Below are positions 11,060 to 19,891 of a stretch of 64,000 nucleotides of DNA, piece after piece. This stretch comes from an uncultured Desulfobacter sp. (GTDB lineage Bacteria; Desulfobacterota; Desulfobacteria; Desulfobacterales; Desulfobacteraceae). The stretch is from positions 6,304,001-6,368,000 of the forward strand of contig OY762069.1 of NCBI GenBank assembly GCA_963665095.1, given 5' to 3'. Positions within the stretch are counted from its first letter, which is position 1. Every line of letters begins with the position of its first letter. Under the pieces are notes generated by a model, which saw only the letters and a program-made list of their open reading frames with translations, was not told the DNA's origin and did no database searches. The position numbers and the translations under genes are program-made.

Positions 11060-12601
11060 CTACTCTTTGACCACATCGTTCATGATGGGTGTACCTTCCA
11101 CAGCCAGCACAAAGCTTTTAATGTTCTTGCGAACCGCCACATAGTTGACCGAAGAGACCAGGGGAATGGCAAGGCCTTTGTCCAGGACCAGATCCTGGGC
11201 CTGTCCGTAAATTTCAGCGCGTTTTTTAGGATCGGTTTCCGCGCGGCCCTTTTCAATGATGGCGTCGATGTCGGGATAGGAGTAGTTTTCACTTTCCGTA
11301 TGGAACAGGTAGGTGAGCATATCGCCATCCGCCCATACATAGCGCCGGGCACCCAGGTCATATTTTTTATCGCGGACCGCCTGCTTGATGTATTTGCCTT
11401 CGTATTCGCGCAGGTTCACCTTGACTCCCAGTTTTTTATACAGGGCCTGAACCACAGGGGCGGTCTTTTTGGAGATGGGGTAATCAATACCGATCATGGC
11501 GGTCAGCTCAAGGGTTTTGCCGTCCTTATCCCGGTATCCGTCCTTGTTGGTGTCTTTCCAGCCGGCCTGGTCCAGAAGATCGCAGGCTGCCTTGAAATCA
11601 TATCCGTATTTTTTTGCCAGCATATCCTCTGCAGCTTTGCTGTACCCCAGCATGGAGCGGGAGAAGATGGCATCTCTGACCTGGGCGTTGCCGTTGAGCA
11701 CCGTGATCAGTATGCTTTTGTCAATGCCGCGCTGCAGGGCACGCCGCACCCGGATGTCCTGGAGCATGGGGGCTTCAGGGTTCATATAAAACATGGTGCA
11801 GCCGGGCTGCAGATATGAGAAAAGCTGGATGTTGTCGTCGGCTTTCAGCTCATCAATATTTTCCAGGGGCACATTGAAAACAATGTCCACGGAACCGGCC
11901 TGGATTTCGGAGACCCGGGTAAAATCATCGGCAATAAACCGCACGGTCACCTTGTCCACTTTCATGGGACCTTTGTTTTGTACGCCCGGGTCAAAGGTTT
12001 TGAAGTTGGGGTTGGGAACCAGGGTGATGTGGGAGCCCTGCACCCATTCGTCCACCATCATGGGACCGTAGGTAACGGCCTTGCGGTTAAATGCTTCGGC
12101 AGAGACCTTGGCGGCTGCTGCGGCATTGGTGAGTCCGCCGTATGCGGTTTCAAGGGAGAGCAGAGCCGGGATGGGAGAGGCTTTCCAGTGCATGGTCACG
12201 GTGTCGCCTTCCACAGTAAGGTTTTCCAGGGCAGAGAGATCTGCGGCATAGGGGCTGATTTTCAGGTACCGGTCAAAGGAGGCCTTGACTGCATCGGCTG
12301 TGACCGGATCGCCGTTGGAAAACTTCATGCCCTTGCCAATGGTAAAGGACAGAAGCGAGGAATCGTCTGACAGGGACCAGGAAGAGGCGTATCCGGGTAC
12401 GGTGGCACTCATGTCCGCATTATAGCGTATGGGGGATTCCACCAGCAGGCGGTGGACCACGTTTTCCCACTCGATCTGCTGGATGTCGGTGCCTTCAATC
12501 TCTTCGGCCGTTGCGATGACGATCTCTTTGGCAAAGATCCACGAGGCCGACAGGCAGACCAGGCAGACAGCAGCGATTAAACTTCTCATACATTTTTTCA
12601 T
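11060..12601 (-). CDS. peptide ABC transporter substrate-binding protein (family 5)
   Basis: Signal peptide, KFSNGDPVTADAVKASF, DIRVRRAL. Confidence 0.92.
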   Translation of the reverse strand: MKKCMRSLIAAVCLVCLSASWIFAKEIVIATAEEIEGTDIQQIEWENVVHRLLVESPIRYNADMSATVPGYASSWSLSDDSSLLSFTIGKGMKFSNGDPVTADAVKASFDRYLKISPYAADLSALENLTVEGDTVTMHWKASPIPALLSLETAYGGLTNAAAAAKVSAEAFNRKAVTYGPMMVDEWVQGSHITLVPNPNFKTFDPGVQNKGPMKVDKVTVRFIADDFTRVSEIQAGSVDIVFNVPLENIDELKADDNIQLFSYLQPGCTMFYMNPEAPMLQDIRVRRALQRGIDKSILITVLNGNAQVRDAIFSRSMLGYSKAAEDMLAKKYGYDFKAACDLLDQAGWKDTNKDGYRDKDGKTLELTAMIGIDYPISKKTAPVVQALYKKLGVKVNLREYEGKYIKQAVRDKKYDLGARRYVWADGDMLTYLFHTESENYSYPDIDAIIEKGRAETDPKKRAEIYGQAQDLVLDKGLAIPLVSSVNYVAVRKNIKSFVLAVEGTPIMNDVVKE

Positions 12602-12604
12602 CTT

Positions 12605-13732
12605 TTAACTCTCCTCATGTGTTGGTGTATTGTGGTTGCCGATGAACGATCTGACGGCCTGCACAAGGTCTGACAGGTCGTCATGCAAGGGGTCGAGCAC
12701 CGGCAGTTTTGTGGTGTTGCTCAGTTGTTCGGCATACCGGACAAGATCTTCCCGGAAACCGCCTTCCCCATTCAATGTCACGGCAATGACCTTGGCACCG
12801 TACATCTCTACCAGGCGGATTTCATCTTCAACGGCAGGCAGGCGGCAGCCGAATTCTTCCACCGTGTCAAAATAGGGTCTGAACGGGGCATGCTGCAGGA
12901 CCACGCCTTTGGCATTGGCAGAAACAAGGAATTCCGACCCGCAGGGGCCCAGAGGATTTCGCAGGGAGGACTGGCCCTCCAGAAGGATCAGATCCGGGTT
13001 GACCTCCCTGGAGCAGGCCACCACGGCTGCTTCCAGTTCCCCGCTGACAAAGTCATTGGGTGTGGCATCCAGGATAAAGCCGTAAGGATATCCCTGCAGC
13101 CATCCGGTCTGGCCGGTGTAGATCATCTCTGCTGAAATCCGGTTCTCCCGGCACAGCTCCATGACTATCCGGCAGGTGGTGCGTTTGCCCAGGGCGCAGT
13201 CCGTTCCGAGAACCGCCAGGGTAGGGGTGGTGATCCCAAAGATATCGCCGCACCAGTGTGCCAGCTGGTCAAAGGGTTTGCTGCGCCGGAAATCAATGAG
13301 CTTTACCTGGTGTTTTTCCGCAGCGGCCACAAAGGCGGGAATGTCCGATAGAAACATGTGCATGCCATTGACAATGGAGATCCCTTCTGCGATCACGTCC
13401 AGAATCAGGGTTTGCCACGCCTCGTTGAGCCGCCCGCCGCTGATGGCCACGCCAATGACGGCAAAATCGGGCGTCACCCCCGTGTCCTTTTTGAGTGCCC
13501 GGACACTTTCGTATACGGGAATGCCTCTGTGGATGCCGTCCAGTACCTCACCGGCATCCCGCCCTGCAAATTTCTCATCAATGACGGCAATGACGTCAAA
13601 CCGGTCTGTTCCCCGGATCAGGCCGTGGCCGGTTTTCGCGTCGTTTCTGTCCAGCAGGCCCCTGGTCAGGATCACAGCGGTGCCCATTTTCAGCGATGCG
13701 TCATTTTTTGAGGTGGTATCTGTCTCTTTCAT
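12605..13732 (-). CDS. DUF1611 family protein (DgcN-like, putative D-amino-acid N-acetyltransferase)
   Basis: AKTGHGLIR, GTDCALGKRTT, TGQTG, NDFVSGELE, LEGQSSL; adjacent to a dipeptide-epimerase-like gene. Confidence 0.85.
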   Translation of the reverse strand: MKETDTTSKNDASLKMGTAVILTRGLLDRNDAKTGHGLIRGTDRFDVIAVIDEKFAGRDAGEVLDGIHRGIPVYESVRALKKDTGVTPDFAVIGVAISGGRLNEAWQTLILDVIAEGISIVNGMHMFLSDIPAFVAAAEKHQVKLIDFRRSKPFDQLAHWCGDIFGITTPTLAVLGTDCALGKRTTCRIVMELCRENRISAEMIYTGQTGWLQGYPYGFILDATPNDFVSGELEAAVVACSREVNPDLILLEGQSSLRNPLGPCGSEFLVSANAKGVVLQHAPFRPYFDTVEEFGCRLPAVEDEIRLVEMYGAKVIAVTLNGEGGFREDLVRYAEQLSNTTKLPVLDPLHDDLSDLVQAVRSFIGNHNTPTHEES

Positions 13733-13805
13733 TATTATTTACTTTATATAAAAGGTTAATGTAAGCCCCTTTTTATGGGGCATGGTCTTAAGTTGATGTC
13801 GGACA

Positions 13806-14873
13806 CTAAATCATACTGACGCCAAGACCTGGTTGGTCTGTAAGGCGGAGGACACCGTTTTCAAGGATAAATCCGCCTTTTACCATATCCTTGGCAAGGT
13901 CCAGGCTGCCGTCCAGGTCCAGGTATTGGGTGGCCGGGCTGGCAAATGCCGCATGCAGGGCCGCCGTGATACTCACAATACTTTCATCCATGCATCCCCA
14001 CATAAGCCCGATGCCGGCATGCTGGGCCATGCGTGCGATCTCGAGTCCCGGGGCAATGCCGCCGCACTTCATCAGCTTGATGTTGAAAAGCCCGAACGGC
14101 CTGGGCGCCGGGAGCAGGGCAATGGCATCCGCGGGCACCTGGAGGCATTCATCTGCCATGGCGCTTTCACGGATCTCTTCCGGCAGGGGGAGCATGTCAC
14201 AGGTCCGGTCTTTTGCCAGGGGTTGTTCCACCAGTTCCAGGCCCTGGTTGTGTGTGCCTTTCCAGAATTTGAGATACTGGTCCGGCGTATACCCCTGGTT
14301 GGCATCCACCCGGATAAAAACATCACTGCCTGCATGTTCCCGAAGTTTGCAAACAAGTTCAATATCTGCATCCACATCAATGCCTGTCTTTACTTTGAGC
14401 CGGGTAAAGCCCCGGCCAATGTATTCATCCGCCTCCTCCAGTGCCTCCTTAAGCGGTTTGATGCCCATGGTAATGGAGGTGGGCATGGCTGTGTGGACCT
14501 GTCCCAGGATTGTTGCCAGAGGTTTTCCGGCAAGCTTGCCCACAAGGTCGTGCAGGGCGATGTCCAGGGCGGCCAGGGCCGCAGGGAAGCCTGTCAGCCG
14601 GGCTTCAAGCTCCCGGAGCAGGGCAGGGGCCAGGACCACTTCTCTGCCCTCAAGGACGGCCCGGGCAGTTTCGTTCAGGGCCTTTTCACTCGCCTCAATA
14701 CTTTCGCCTGTCACATCTTCTGCCGGGGAGCCCGCACCAATGCCGGTGACCCCGGTCTCTGTCTCCAGTACCACAAACAGGTTTTCCACATGGGAAAAGG
14801 TTTCATAGGCGATGGTGTAGGGCCGGGTCAGTTCCAGGTCCTCTTTCCAGATTTTTATATGCTTGATTTTCAT
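13806..14873 (-). CDS. L-Ala-D/L-Glu epimerase-like enolase-superfamily enzyme (DgcA-like)
   Basis: KVK, VDANQG, EQP, ADE, NIKLMKCGG, GCMDES, DLDG motif of dipeptide epimerases. Confidence 0.9.
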   Translation of the reverse strand: MKIKHIKIWKEDLELTRPYTIAYETFSHVENLFVVLETETGVTGIGAGSPAEDVTGESIEASEKALNETARAVLEGREVVLAPALLRELEARLTGFPAALAALDIALHDLVGKLAGKPLATILGQVHTAMPTSITMGIKPLKEALEEADEYIGRGFTRLKVKTGIDVDADIELVCKLREHAGSDVFIRVDANQGYTPDQYLKFWKGTHNQGLELVEQPLAKDRTCDMLPLPEEIRESAMADECLQVPADAIALLPAPRPFGLFNIKLMKCGGIAPGLEIARMAQHAGIGLMWGCMDESIVSITAALHAAFASPATQYLDLDGSLDLAKDMVKGGFILENGVLRLTDQPGLGVSMI

Positions 14874-14951
14874 GGTTTCTTCTCTTTTATAGGGTTGGCG
14901 TATTGCATGCAGGGATGGTTAAGACGCCCTGTCCGGGGAGCCGGATTTTGT

Positions 14952-15446
14952 TCATGAAAGGTCCTCCCACCCTTCAATTTCAGGGGGAAGCAGGGTCCAT
15001 TTACCCCGGGTCTGGGTCACCATAAATGACTCGGAGTGACTCACACCGTCCAGTTTGCTCATTTCATCGGCATAGAATTTAAACATCCATTCAATGCCCT
15101 CGGTGACTATCACCTCAGCCAGGATGTCATAGCGCCCTGTCACGGCAATGGCCCAGCTGACCTGCCTGAATTCCATGAGCTGGTCAATGATTTTGGGCAT
15201 CTTGATGACATCATCCACCCGTATGGCAATGATGGCAACCAGCATATCCTTGACCTTAATGGTATCCACAAGGCCTGCTACCTTTAAAATTCCCTTTTCT
15301 TTCAGGCTTTTAAGCCGTGACTGGATGGTGGGCGCAGAGACATTGAGCTTTTCGGCAAGTTCTTTGGCAGGCATGCGCCCGTCTTCCGAAAGCAGTTTGA
15401 TCAATTGTCTGTCCAGAGCGTCTGTCTCAGTGCGTTTGTCAGCCAT
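14952..15446 (-). CDS. Lrp/AsnC family transcriptional regulator
   Basis: DALDRQLIKLLSEDGRMP HTH, VTGRYD RAM domain. Confidence 0.93.
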   Translation of the reverse strand: MADKRTETDALDRQLIKLLSEDGRMPAKELAEKLNVSAPTIQSRLKSLKEKGILKVAGLVDTIKVKDMLVAIIAIRVDDVIKMPKIIDQLMEFRQVSWAIAVTGRYDILAEVIVTEGIEWMFKFYADEMSKLDGVSHSESFMVTQTRGKWTLLPPEIEGWEDLS

Positions 15447-15459
15447 GTCAGAGCCGCCT

Positions 15460-15495
15460 TTGGTTGGTTAAAATAAATTGGTTGGTTAAAATAAA
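15460..15495. repeat. exact 18-bp tandem duplication
   Basis: TTGGTTGGTTAAAATAAA x2 just upstream of the lrp start. Confidence 0.9.
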
Positions 15496-15789
15496 TATGT
15501 CAATTTTTGTAATTAATAAAACAACAATTTGGTTGTAATATTTTTTACATTATTAAAATCTTGTCAAGTAATATTTTATAAAAATAAAATTTATAAGCAA
15601 AGAACAATAAAAGAGCAAGAAACAAGAGCGGCCGAAAGCAAAGGCGTTATTATTTCCCTTTGTCTGCTTCCGGTTCTGTTCTTCGAACATGATAAAATCA
15701 AGAGCATCATTTCCTGTTGCCGGAACAAGCGGCCCGGGATATTTGCGAAAATGCTGAAACCGTTATCCGGGATCACTGGGATGATGTAT

Positions 15790-16140
15790 GTGAAAAAGTG
15801 AAGGCTTTTCAGTTTTCCTTTTGGGCCGCTTTTCACCTCTATTGGGAGTATATTTCCGTCAAATACATACAGGTAATCAATCTTTGCTGAACTGTTCTTT
15901 TTGTCCCTGGCCCAGTGATACATCCTGCCTGCTTCAGAAACTCCGGCTGCAACGATTTCCCGGCCGACAAACTGTTCCGCCAGTGCCCCTTTGTAAATAT
16001 TAGATAAATCCCTGGCTCCGAGAATATCATTGTCCGATACCCCGCTGTTATATTGTACCAGGCCGATATCTAAAAAAAGAGGCTTCATTTTTTTGGTTGA
16101 TATGTCTGCGCCTAAAGGAAGATGATTGGTGGTGTTAAAA
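15790..16140 (-). pseudogene. C-terminal fragment of an AAA+ ATPase/DUF4143 protein
   Basis: FLDIGL, GALAEQFV, YHWAR, IDYL, LPIEVKSG..GKLKSL; no N-terminal ATPase domain and no credible start; ends approximate. Confidence 0.7.
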
Positions 16141-16338
16141 CTTAAACCCAGGATCATTGGTGTTGTCAAAAGCGTTCAGTCTGGAGGGTCAAGAAGGGTA
16201 CGCATAATGCAGAAGAATTTTTCCGGGTTGACTCACTGAAGGTCGAAGACTATGCCGGTAAACAGGCCATTGACTCTGGCGTCTATATCAGTCTGTAGAT
16301 ACACCCTGGATCGGGTCTTTACCTGAAAAGCCCGGGCA

Positions 16339-17988
16339 TTATTTAATCTGGTACTGAAATGAGCGGGCCTTGCCCTGGCGTTTGATCTGGAGATCAATGG
16401 CACTGTCCAGGTTACCCTGGGTGAACTGATTGTATAACTCGGCAGCACTATCTAAAGAATTAAGCGGTTGTCCGTTCAGACCTGTAATCAGATCCCCCTG
16501 CCTGAGGCCCAGTTTTTTGTAGAGTATGGAATTTTTTTCAAGGCCGCTGATCCAGAACCCGTCTGTCTGGCCTCCCTGCGAATGGGGTTTGATCTGGATC
16601 TGCCGGCTTAAAGTGTCCAGGTTGTTTATCAGGTCGTTGATATCTTTTTTTGCCAGTGTCACGGGTTTTGACATATTGCGGCGCGGGGTGCCCGGGGGGG
16701 CATGCGTACTGGACACCAGGGATTGATTCTGAGCAGGGATCGGTTCCTTCATTGATAACAGTTCTATTTTTCCGTCAACCTGTAAAAGAACCTGCATCCT
16801 CATGATATCCAGAATTATGGCCCTGTCCACTGTGTCCCCCATGGTATAGAGGCGTTCTGATCCTTTGGCTGTCTTAATGATGGCCGTGGGCTCAACTCCG
16901 GTGACAGTGCCAAGCAGTTCAAGGTCAAGGCGGGTGTTGCTTATTGTCCCGATGTCATCCTTTTGCTGTGTCAGGGCCGTATTTTTTTTATTGTTTGGAG
17001 AGGGTCTCTTTTTTATCGGAAGAGAATTGTGCGCGATGCCGTCTAAATCTGACGGTTTCTCCTGCTTGGCAGTATTTGATGCAGGGGGGGCTTCCCGGGG
17101 TAATAAATCCGGTAAAGGCGCAAGAGTGATGGCCGGGTCTTCAAAAGAGCCTGCCATTGTAAAGCTAATCGGACGTATGTCAGGTAATGCATTGGGGCCT
17201 GGAGATGTTTCCGGCTTTTTATCTTTTGGCAGGTGAGCAAGAATTTGAACAGAAATATTAAGCCGGGATTTAACAAAAGAAGGGGCCGGCGTGATCTCTC
17301 CTGACAGCTGAATATCTGCCTGTTTCCCAATGAAGCGGCAGTGCTTGATTCTGATCGGGCCCTGGCCGGTTCTCTCAAAAGCGATTACGGACTTTGGGAA
17401 AACTGTTTCTTTAAATCCAGGTATCTTCCTGGCCAATGCAAGGTCCAGGCGTTCTGCGGTTATTTCTCCCAGACATTTTTCCACACAGCCATCAACGATA
17501 ACCGTATGGATTGTGCTGTTTACCGCCCCCTGGCATGAAACGCCGGGAATATCCAGATCTGACAAAAATTTTTCTGGATGTATTCCTGTGAACTGGGAGA
17601 CAATTTCCACCCTGTTAAAGCCTATGTCTCTGGTGGTTGCTATGCCGGTAACCTCTCCTTTCAACATGCTGGCTGAGTAGGCGATTTGTAGGGACCGGCT
17701 GAAAAGTTGTTTTATATTCAGGGCGCTTCTAAACCGGTCCAATTTCACTTGAATCAGGTTTAAAGGCTGTTGATTTTTCAAGGAAACCAGCATTGTACCG
17801 GCATTGAAGCCTAATGGGAAAGATAAAGCGGGATCAGATATGTCAAGGGCGAGGTCCGGTTCAATTGAAGTGCTGGCCTGCTCAAGATAATCTGCCACAA
17901 CCTGACCCGGGTGCATGCGGTAAAGGAAAAACAGGATGCAGACAGTGGAAAAGATCGTGAAGAAAAAAAATTTATATCTGGAGGTCAT
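16339..17988 (-). CDS. type II secretion GspN-like / GspC(PDZ) fusion protein
   Basis: N-terminal TM plus GspN-like beta-rich region, a P/K-rich linker, then LELLGTVTG..AII..LYTMGD (GspC HR domain) and GFWISG..LGLRQGDLITGLNG (PDZ). Confidence 0.7.
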   Translation of the reverse strand: MTSRYKFFFFTIFSTVCILFFLYRMHPGQVVADYLEQASTSIEPDLALDISDPALSFPLGFNAGTMLVSLKNQQPLNLIQVKLDRFRSALNIKQLFSRSLQIAYSASMLKGEVTGIATTRDIGFNRVEIVSQFTGIHPEKFLSDLDIPGVSCQGAVNSTIHTVIVDGCVEKCLGEITAERLDLALARKIPGFKETVFPKSVIAFERTGQGPIRIKHCRFIGKQADIQLSGEITPAPSFVKSRLNISVQILAHLPKDKKPETSPGPNALPDIRPISFTMAGSFEDPAITLAPLPDLLPREAPPASNTAKQEKPSDLDGIAHNSLPIKKRPSPNNKKNTALTQQKDDIGTISNTRLDLELLGTVTGVEPTAIIKTAKGSERLYTMGDTVDRAIILDIMRMQVLLQVDGKIELLSMKEPIPAQNQSLVSSTHAPPGTPRRNMSKPVTLAKKDINDLINNLDTLSRQIQIKPHSQGGQTDGFWISGLEKNSILYKKLGLRQGDLITGLNGQPLNSLDSAAELYNQFTQGNLDSAIDLQIKRQGKARSFQYQIK

Positions 17989-18341
17989 TATCTGTTGGGC
18001 CGGCCCGTGAAAGTTCCCGGGCCATCCGCCTTTTTTCGAGTTGTCACACAATCGGTTTCAGGCCATTAATCTGCTGCCAGATATAGAAATATTATTATTT
18101 AAAGTAAATATTTTTTTTGAAATGAAAAATCTCATGCTGCTGTGACGGTGAAGTTATTTGGTCCGGATTCTTTTTCCACATTGATAAGGTTAGGAAAAAT
18201 ATTTTATATCTTCCGGGGTATTTCAAAATTTGAAATATCCCGGATGGGGAGGTTCCCATGGTGGATAGATGTTATGCGGAAAAGATTCAAATTTCCTTTG
18301 AGTTATGGCAGAAAAAGAAAAGACATTTTAAGGAGAGAATT

Positions 18342-19598
18342 ATGGAAAATGATATTTTAATATATAATAGTACCCTTTTAACCATGGATGAGGGCCTGCC
18401 TGTGGTTGAAAACGGGTTTGTTCATATTTCAGACGGCAGGATTGCTGACTTTGGACCGGCAGGGCCGGACCTGGAAAAGCAAGTTTTACAGGGCAGGCGT
18501 ATAGATGCCCGGGGCGGCATTATCATGCCCGGTCTTGTGAACGGGCATACCCATGCCCCCATGTCCATGTTCCGGGGGCTGGCCGATGACCTGCCCCTGG
18601 ATGTCTGGCTCAACGAACATATTTTTCCGGCCGAGGCAACCCAGGTGACCCCGGAATCGGTGGCGGCCTGGACCGCCCACTCCTGCCGGGAGATGCTTGC
18701 CGGCGGCATCACCACCTGCTGTGACGGGTATTTTCTGGAAGCATATGCTGCGAAAGCTATGGCGGACTCCGGCATCCGGGCCGTGGCCGGTCAGGGGGTG
18801 ATTGATTTCCCTGCCCCGGGAGTCCCGGACCCGACAGGGAATATAAATCATGCAAAGGATTTTATTGAAAAAAGCGGCCGGCTCTCCTCCCGGGTAACCC
18901 CGGCTGTCTTCTGCCACTCCCCTTATACCTGTTCTAAAAAGACCCTGGTGGCAGGCAAGGCCCTGGCCCGAAACACAGGGGTGCTGTTCCAGGTCCATGT
19001 TGCGGAAACACAGGCTGAATCCGGCATGATCAAAGAAAATGACGGCCTGTCCGTGGTGGCCTATCTTGACAGTTTAGGCATCCTTGATGCAGACACGCTT
19101 CTGGTTCACAGCGTCTGGGTGGATCAATCTGATATTGAAATAATTCAGAAGCGGGGCTGTGGTGTGATTCACTGCCCGGAATCCAACATGAAGCTGGCTT
19201 CCGGCGTGGCCCCGGTACCGGACATGGTGGATGCCGGTGTGACCGTGGGGCTTGGTACGGACGGCTGCGCCTCCAACAATGACCAGGATATGTTTTCGGA
19301 GATGGGCACAGCCGCAAAACTGCATAAGGTGATCCGCATGGATCCCTGCGTCATGGATGCACGCACCTGTCTGAAAATGGCGACCATTGACGGAGCAAAG
19401 GCGCTTGGACTGGGGAAGGTGACCGGTTCCATCTGCAGAGGCAAGGCTGCGGATATCATTGTGGTGGATACGGCCGGACTTCACATGACGCCCATGCATG
19501 ATCCTTACTCCGCGCTGGTCTATGCGGCAAGGGCCTCGGATGTATCCTGGGTGCTGGTGGACGGTCAGGTGCGGGTGGAGAACAAATGCCTTGTATGA
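18342..19598 (+). CDS. mtaD: 5'-methylthioadenosine/S-adenosylhomocysteine deaminase-like amidohydrolase
   Basis: PGLVNGHTH, RGLADDLPL..WL, HSPYTC, HVAET, HCPESNMKLASG, GTDGCASNN; AGGAG RBS before 18342. Confidence 0.8.
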   Translation: MENDILIYNSTLLTMDEGLPVVENGFVHISDGRIADFGPAGPDLEKQVLQGRRIDARGGIIMPGLVNGHTHAPMSMFRGLADDLPLDVWLNEHIFPAEATQVTPESVAAWTAHSCREMLAGGITTCCDGYFLEAYAAKAMADSGIRAVAGQGVIDFPAPGVPDPTGNINHAKDFIEKSGRLSSRVTPAVFCHSPYTCSKKTLVAGKALARNTGVLFQVHVAETQAESGMIKENDGLSVVAYLDSLGILDADTLLVHSVWVDQSDIEIIQKRGCGVIHCPESNMKLASGVAPVPDMVDAGVTVGLGTDGCASNNDQDMFSEMGTAAKLHKVIRMDPCVMDARTCLKMATIDGAKALGLGKVTGSICRGKAADIIVVDTAGLHMTPMHDPYSALVYAARASDVSWVLVDGQVRVENKCLV

Positions 19599-19666
19599 TC
19601 AGCCATGCTTGTGCATGTGACGGGTCCTGGGGGAGATCTGTTTTTATAATGACCTGCCTCATAAAT

Positions 19667-19706
19667 AAAAAAGCCGACTGTCTGCCCCAGGGGCAGACAG
19701 TCGGCT
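19667..19706 (-). terminator. intrinsic terminator
   Basis: 16-bp perfect stem AGCCGACTGTCTGCCC-CTG-GGGCAGACAGTCGGCT followed by a U-run on the minus strand. Confidence 0.88.
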
Positions 19707-19812
19707 GGATAATGTCTATCAGCAAAGTTTCAGGATCAGGTGTCAGATCAGATTCAGGTTCAGTATAAGAGCATTCAGCGTCAGCATCAACATCAACCAT
19801 TATCCAAATGTT
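19667..19812 (-). ncRNA. candidate small RNA with 11 YUGA repeats
   Basis: Own promoter, 9-bp closing stem (TGGATAATG 19806-19798 / CATTATCCA 19714-19706), 9x CTGA plus 2x TTGA inside, terminator. Confidence 0.6.
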
Positions 19813-19816
19813 AGAA

Positions 19817-19847
19817 ACTATATATTATTCGGTAGAATCCAAGTCAA
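19817..19847 (-). promoter_or_regulatory. sigma70-type promoter of the candidate sRNA
   Basis: TTGACT (19847-19842), 17 bp, TATATA; alternative -10 TATAGT 2 nt further on. Confidence 0.6.
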
Positions 19848-19891
19848 TAATAAATTTGTGAATGATTGTAAAAAAACTATTCGGCTTTGTA

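Noticed and set aside
13833..14957. Long antisense ORFs (374 aa and 305 aa) and similar shadows elsewhere, e.g. 59910-60824
   Set aside because: They lie opposite well-supported genes, show no motifs, and are expected from codon bias.
19715..19797. CRISPR array or simple microsatellite
   Set aside because: The repeats are only 4 nt with short variable spacers, there are no cas genes, and the units are not identical tandem copies.
19456..19800. 114-aa minus-strand ORF MVDVDADAEC...
   Set aside because: It has no properly spaced RBS, runs through a strong terminator and overlaps the mtaD end antisense. Its acidic pattern is a by-product of the YTGA repeats.
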